From positions 1-19,189 of the forward strand of contig NZ_JAQFIQ010000043.1 of the NCBI RefSeq assembly GCF_029504745.1: a stretch of DNA of 19,189 nt, given 5' to 3'. The notes under the pieces were generated by a model. It did no database searches. It saw nothing but the letters and a program-made list of their open reading frames with translations, and had not been told where the DNA came from. The position numbers and the translations under genes were made by a program. Shown here one piece after another: positions 15,223 to 19,189 of the stretch (the stretch's first letter is position 1; each line of letters starts with the position of its first letter). The stretch is from Breznakia sp. PF5-3 (GTDB lineage: Bacteria; Bacillota_I; Bacilli_A; Erysipelotrichales; Erysipelotrichaceae).

Positions 15223-16090
15223 TGTAAAAGAAGCTGCAAAATATACTGACTTAACTCCAGCTGCGCCGTTATCAAAAGCAGATTTAAATAAGATGACTTG
15301 GCGTTCACTGCAATTGCAATCAGCATTTAACTATGAAAGAATGCAAGCTGCAGGTTGGTTATGGGGAATTTTACCTGGATTAGAAAAAATCCATACAAAT
15401 AAAGAAGACTTAGCGATTTCAATGTCACACAACATGGACTTCTTTAACACTCACCCTTACTTAGTAACATTTGTTATGGGTATCGTATTATCGTTAGAAC
15501 AACAAAAAGCCGATATTGCAACTATTCGTTCAGTACGTGTTGCTGCAATGGGTCCTCTTGGAGGAATCGGGGATGCATTATTCTGGTATACATTTATGCC
15601 AATCGTTGCAGGGATTACTGCAACAATGGCAATTGACGGAAGCTTAGTAGGACCTATCCTATATTTCGTTATTGCGTTTGGTGTACAAATGGTTCTTCGT
15701 TTCTGGTTGATGAGCTGGTCTTATAAACTAGGAAGTAACGCTATTGGTATTTTAACTAAGAATGCAAAAGAATTCACACGTTCAGCATCTATCCTTGGTG
15801 TATTCATCATTGGTGCGATGGTAGTAACATTCGGTGGTACTACAACTAGAATCTGGATTCCTAATGGAGATAACCCAATTAACCTTCAAGGACAATTGGA
15901 CACAATCTTCCCTAAAATGCTTCCATTTGCAATTACAATGCTTTGTTACTGGTTAATTAAGAAGAAAAACTTTACACCTGTTAAAGTTATCTTAGTATTA
16001 TTGGTAATTGGTATTGTAGGAGCTATCTTTGGAGTTTGGGCTGGAGATTATACTCCACTTGTTGATTGGTATACAGTACCAGCTGCATAA
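15212..16090 (+). CDS. PTS mannose-family EIID membrane component
   Basis: WRSLQLQSAFNYERMQAAGW is the hallmark IID motif. I chose ATG 15212 (SD GGAGGT 7 nt upstream), which overlaps the IIC stop by 11 nt and suggests translational coupling. Confidence 0.9.
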   Translation: MASNVKEAAKYTDLTPAAPLSKADLNKMTWRSLQLQSAFNYERMQAAGWLWGILPGLEKIHTNKEDLAISMSHNMDFFNTHPYLVTFVMGIVLSLEQQKADIATIRSVRVAAMGPLGGIGDALFWYTFMPIVAGITATMAIDGSLVGPILYFVIAFGVQMVLRFWLMSWSYKLGSNAIGILTKNAKEFTRSASILGVFIIGAMVVTFGGTTTRIWIPNGDNPINLQGQLDTIFPKMLPFAITMLCYWLIKKKNFTPVKVILVLLVIGIVGAIFGVWAGDYTPLVDWYTVPAA

Positions 16091-16130
16091 TAAATTAAAA
16101 GAAGTATTATTCTCTCAAACTTCTTTCATA

Positions 16131-16160
16131 GGACACATATTCGTATGTGTCCTTTTATGT
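16131..16160 (+). terminator. Rho-independent terminator of the EIIBCD operon
   Basis: Stem GGACACATA / TATGTGTCC with loop TTCG, followed by TTTTATGTT. A weaker hairpin (AGAAGT/ACTTCT) precedes it at about 16100-16127. Confidence 0.8.
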
Positions 16161-16174
16161 TGTAATCGCTTGCA
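16161..16174. promoter_or_regulatory. cre-like (CcpA-binding) site TGTAATCGCTTGCA
   Basis: 13 of 14 positions match the recalled consensus TGWAANCGNTNWCA; the single mismatch is G at the W position. It lies between the PTS terminator and the gap promoter. Confidence 0.35.
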
Positions 16175-16272
16175 AGTAAAAAATCTTATTTAAGGTACAT
16201 AAGAGCCCTTTATTATTGAGTATATGAAAAGTTAATTAATTCACAATTTCTTTATTTTTTTAAGTTTCGCGA

Positions 16273-16301
16273 TTGACATTGGAAGTATATAATCATATAA
16301 T
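16273..16301 (+). promoter_or_regulatory. Consensus sigma-A promoter of gap
   Basis: Perfect TTGACA (16273-16278), exactly 17 nt of spacer, perfect TATAAT (16296-16301). An AT-rich UP-like tract (TTTCTTTATTTTTTAAGTTT) lies upstream and SD GAAGGAGGA downstream. Confidence 0.8.
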
Positions 16302-16328
16302 TTATAGGTACGAAGGAGGACTTTTCAC

Positions 16329-17345
16329 ATGGCAGTAAAAGTTGCAATTAATGGATTTGGACGTATTGGACGTCTAGCATTTAGACAAATGTTTGGTGCA
16401 GAGGGATATGAAGTCGTAGCTATCAACGATTTAACAGACCCTAAAATGTTAGCACATTTATTAAAATATGATTCAGCACAAGGAAGATATGCTTTAGCAG
16501 ATAAAGTAGTTGCTGGAGATTCATCAATCACAGTTGATGGAAAAGAAATTAAAATTTACAGTGAAGCAGATGCTTCTAAATTACCTTGGGGTGATATTGA
16601 TGTAGACGTTGTATTAGAATGTACTGGATTCTATACATCAAAAGCAAAAGCACAAGCACACATTGATGCAGGTGCTAAAAAAGTTGTTATTTCAGCTCCA
16701 GCAGGAAATGATTTACCAACCGTAGTATTTGGAGTAAATGAAGGTGTATTAAAAGCTGATGACACAATTATCTCAGCAGCATCTTGTACTACAAACTGTT
16801 TAGCTCCAATGGCTAACACTTTAAATAACTTAGCAAAAATCAAAAGTGGTATCATGGCTACAATCCATGCTTACACTGGAGATCAAATGTTATTAGATGG
16901 ACCTCACCGTAAAGGTGATTTAAGAAGAGCTCGTGCAGCTGCAATTAACATTGTTCCTAACTCAACAGGAGCAGCAAAAGCAATCGGATTGGTTATTCCT
17001 GAATTGAATGGAAAATTAATCGGGGCAGCACAACGTGTTCCAGTACCTACAGGATCTACAACAATTTTAACTACTGTAGTTGAAGGAAATGTAACAGCTG
17101 ATGAAATCAATGCAGCTATGAAAAAAGCAGCAGATGGAACATCATTTGGATATACAGAAGAACAATTAGTATCTTCTGACATTATCGGAATTACACAAGG
17201 ATCATTATTTGATGCTACACAAACAATGGTAATTCCATTAGATAATGGAACTACACAAGTTCAAACAGTATCTTGGTATGATAACGAAAACTCATACACT
17301 AGCCAAATGGTTAGAACAATCAAATACTTCGCTGAATTAGGATAA
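16329..17345 (+). CDS. gap: Type I glyceraldehyde-3-phosphate dehydrogenase
   Basis: [19 protein letters not shown] (NAD-binding), the active site SCTTNCLAP, and the C-terminal [14 protein letters not shown]. Confidence 0.95.
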   Translation: MAVKVAINGFGRIGRLAFRQMFGAEGYEVVAINDLTDPKMLAHLLKYDSAQGRYALADKVVAGDSSITVDGKEIKIYSEADASKLPWGDIDVDVVLECTGFYTSKAKAQAHIDAGAKKVVISAPAGNDLPTVVFGVNEGVLKADDTIISAASCTTNCLAPMANTLNNLAKIKSGIMATIHAYTGDQMLLDGPHRKGDLRRARAAAINIVPNSTGAAKAIGLVIPELNGKLIGAAQRVPVPTGSTTILTTVVEGNVTADEINAAMKKAADGTSFGYTEEQLVSSDIIGITQGSLFDATQTMVIPLDNGTTQVQTVSWYDNENSYTSQMVRTIKYFAELG

Positions 17346-17355
17346 TTTGATATTG

Positions 17356-17379
17356 AAAGGCTCGAAAGAGTCTTTTTTT
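17356..17379 (+). terminator. Rho-independent terminator of gap
   Basis: Stem AAAGGCTC / GAGTCTTT (one G-U pair) with loop GAAA, running into a T7 tract. Confidence 0.7.
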
Positions 17380-17470
17380 GTTGGACTATTAATTGTTTTT
17401 ATAATTATTAGCAATTGTTTTGCTTTTTTTAGTGGAAATGCGCTAATAATGATTTCCTTCACAAAATAAG

Positions 17471-17479
17471 TGATATAAT
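17471..17479 (+). promoter_or_regulatory. Extended -10 element (TGaTATAAT) upstream of the radical SAM gene
   Basis: TGATATAAT lies 26 nt upstream of the ATG. The -35 (TTTCCT region) is weak. Confidence 0.4.
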
Positions 17480-17504
17480 TTTTTTATTAAGGGAGATTAC
17501 AAAA

Positions 17505-19061
17505 ATGGAAAAGATGGATAAACTGTTTAAGTATTTAAATTATTTAAATCCAAATGGTAGTTTTAAAAGGCTTGGAACAATATTTGACACAAGAAATAAT
17601 ACATATTTTTATGATTCTGGAACGGGCAAGGTTTTTTGTTGTGAAAATAATGAATTGCTAATTTTAAAGTTTATATTAAATCCATCTGAAAAGGTGAAAA
17701 ACAAAATACTTAATATGAGTGAAATGGATATTAATAATGCTATAGATAATATTTTGAGTTTGATAAAAACTGAAAATATTTTACAAATGCCCATCTATAG
17801 CGAATTTAATCTTCCTTCTCACTCTTTTTTATATAATGAAGTAAATAATAATTTAGAACATATAGTATTAGAACTAACTGAAAGATGTAATCTTAGATGT
17901 AAATATTGTATTTATAATGAAGATTTTTCTACATTTAGAGATTTTTCTCAAAAAGAAATGTCGTGGGACATTGCGAAAAAATCAATTGATTATGGTATGG
18001 AGTGCAGTGGAGAAAATATAATGCTAGGCTTTTATGGGGGAGAGCCATTATTGAATTATGATTTAATGAAAAAATGTATAGATTATGCGTATGAAAATTA
18101 TGGTGAAAAAAAGAATATATCTATTTTGTTTACCACAAATTGTACGTTAATAACTCAGCCAATTGCTGAGTACTTTGCATCGTTAAAATCTTGTAAAATA
18201 ATGTGTAGCATAGATGGTGATGAAGATATTCATGATGAAAATAGAGTATTTCAAAATAATAAAGGAAGTTTTCCAGCTTCAATTAAAGGATTTAAGTATC
18301 TAATTGAACAATATGGGGAACGAGCAGCAGAAAATATTTCGATTCACAGTGTTTTAAGTCCACCATATACATTTAAAAAAATGGAAAAAATAAAAAATCT
18401 ATTTGTACAATATGAATGGATTCCTAAGAACCTTGAATTAAATTGTAATTATGTTAATCTCTCTGGGATGGATCAGCGAACAGCCAAGGAAAAAGAAGAA
18501 AATGCTATGAAAGTATATCGGAGTTTATGGATGCATGAAAGAGATACTAAAAAGGCCTGGGCAATGAATAGTATGTGTGATTCTTCTGATTCTTATTATG
18601 CACGACAGATAGAAAAAAATGAAATTTTAAAAACACATTTTAGAGATTTAGTAGATACACCAATTCAAACTTTGCAATTGAATGGGTGTTGTATACCTGG
18701 ACAAAAAAAGTTGTATGTGACAACAGATGGAAATTTCAAAGTTTGTGAAAAAATTGAGGATTCACCATTTATTGGTAATATACATGAAGGTATTGATTTG
18801 GAGAAAATAGAAGATTATTATTTGAATGAGTATGCTAATCTTTCGCTAGATAAATGTAATAATTGTTGGGCTGTGCATATGTGTTCAATATGTTATGCGA
18901 ATATTTATAATGATGAAGGTATCAACATTGAAGAAAAAAATGTACTATGTCATGGTTCGAGAGCAAATGCATTAAATAGATTAATTGAGTATTATCAAAT
19001 ATTGGAAGAAAAACCAGAGATAATAGAAGAAATGATTGATGGCGTAGAATTTGATAATTAG
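17505..19061 (+). CDS. Radical SAM / SPASM-domain enzyme, peptide-maturase-like, with an RRE-like N-terminal extension
   Basis: - CNLRCKYC (Cx3Cx2C, residues 128-135).
- GFYGGEPLL, TTNCTL and SIDGDEDIHDENR motifs.
- C-terminal SPASM pattern Cx12Gx4C ... Cx2Cx5Cx2C ... C (nt 18687-18950).
- About 115 aa precede the rSAM core. Confidence 0.9.
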   Translation: MEKMDKLFKYLNYLNPNGSFKRLGTIFDTRNNTYFYDSGTGKVFCCENNELLILKFILNPSEKVKNKILNMSEMDINNAIDNILSLIKTENILQMPIYSEFNLPSHSFLYNEVNNNLEHIVLELTERCNLRCKYCIYNEDFSTFRDFSQKEMSWDIAKKSIDYGMECSGENIMLGFYGGEPLLNYDLMKKCIDYAYENYGEKKNISILFTTNCTLITQPIAEYFASLKSCKIMCSIDGDEDIHDENRVFQNNKGSFPASIKGFKYLIEQYGERAAENISIHSVLSPPYTFKKMEKIKNLFVQYEWIPKNLELNCNYVNLSGMDQRTAKEKEENAMKVYRSLWMHERDTKKAWAMNSMCDSSDSYYARQIEKNEILKTHFRDLVDTPIQTLQLNGCCIPGQKKLYVTTDGNFKVCEKIEDSPFIGNIHEGIDLEKIEDYYLNEYANLSLDKCNNCWAVHMCSICYANIYNDEGINIEEKNVLCHGSRANALNRLIEYYQILEEKPEIIEEMIDGVEFDN

Positions 19062-19065
19062 ATTA

Positions 19066-19085
19066 CAACTGTGATAGTACAGTTG
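19066..19085 (+). other. Stem-loop immediately after the radical SAM gene stop
   Basis: CAACTGT / ACAGTTG (7 bp) with loop GATAGT. It has no U-tract, so it is probably an intercistronic hairpin rather than a terminator. Confidence 0.4.
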
Positions 19086-19189
19086 CAATATTAGGAAAGG
19101 AGCTAACTATAAGGAAGTCAAGCAATATTGACCAACTTTAAAAAGTTTTTAAAGATCTTTGAAAAGTGAATAAGTGTACACTGAAAATA

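Noticed and set aside
17347-17469. 40-codon TTG-initiated hydrophobic ORF (ILKGSKESFFVGLLIVFIIISNCFAFFSGNALIMISFTK) directly upstream of the rSAM gene, considered as its precursor peptide.
   Set aside because: It begins within 2 nt of the gap stop, spans the gap terminator hairpin and its T-tract, and lies upstream of the rSAM promoter element. It has only a marginal SD (AGGA). Its Phe/Ile/Leu richness is what a T-rich terminator/promoter region translates to.
775-17794. About 21 ORFs of 60-125 aa in the six-frame track that lie antisense to, or out of frame within, larger genes: 775-1050, 887-1165, 1286-1540, 2626-2943, 3656-3838, 4285-4623, 4624-4809, 5622-5954, 6970-7167, 7456-7701, 8463-8669, 10945-11193, 11326-11697, 11887-12084, 13800-14111, 14580-14792, 14889-15218, 16325-16531, 16631-16855, 16904-17182, 17609-17794.
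   Set aside because: Each is fully or largely nested in a CDS with clear family motifs. They have low-complexity or odd composition (Ser/Leu/Ile/Phe-rich shadow translations), no SD, and no recognisable motif. They are typical shadow ORFs.
1-19189. Search for mobile elements, CRISPR arrays, tRNA/rRNA genes, long direct or inverted repeats flanking the MATE-AraC segment, and defence-system-like genes.
   Set aside because: No transposase, integrase or recombinase ORF was seen. No repeat-spacer periodicity, cloverleaf-like or rRNA-like sequences were seen. No flanking repeats around 10733-13926 were detectable by eye. An insertion origin of MATE+AraC therefore remains only a synteny hypothesis.

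Overview
Low-GC, Firmicutes-type (Erysipelotrichia/Clostridia-like) chromosomal segment dominated by sugar-uptake genes. I support 17 CDSs.

Left to right:
- YitT-like membrane protein (-)
- divergent ribulose-phosphate-3-epimerase-family protein (-)
- stand-alone PTS EIIA(Glc) (+)
- SDR oxidoreductase (+)
- PRD/HTH PTS-controlled regulator (-)
- PepV-type M20 dipeptidase followed, with no terminator, by an alpha-glucoside/maltose-type PTS EIICB (+)
- two convergent uncharacterised 4-TM proteins
- agaS plus a Man-family EIIA (+)
- MATE efflux pump (-)
- long AraC-family regulator (-)
- Man-family EIIB, IIC and IID (+)
- gap (GAPDH) with a perfect consensus promoter (+)
- radical SAM/SPASM maturase-like gene at the right edge (+)

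I see no rRNA, tRNA, CRISPR array, transposase, integrase or obvious mobile-element ends. Most of the window is ordinary carbohydrate metabolism.

The best candidates for something undescribed:
1. The orphan rSAM/SPASM enzyme with an RRE-like N-terminal extension. Its partners, if any, lie beyond the window.
2. The split aga-like Man-PTS regulon under an AraC-type rather than a GntR/DeoR/sigma-54 regulator, with a box shared by both promoter regions and a perfect 16-bp palindrome.
3. A structured 217-bp intergenic region bracketed by two terminators (possible sRNA).
4. The PRD-regulator / pepV-EIICB pairing, which has no phospho-glycosidase.

All functional calls rest on motif recognition by eye; no database search was run.
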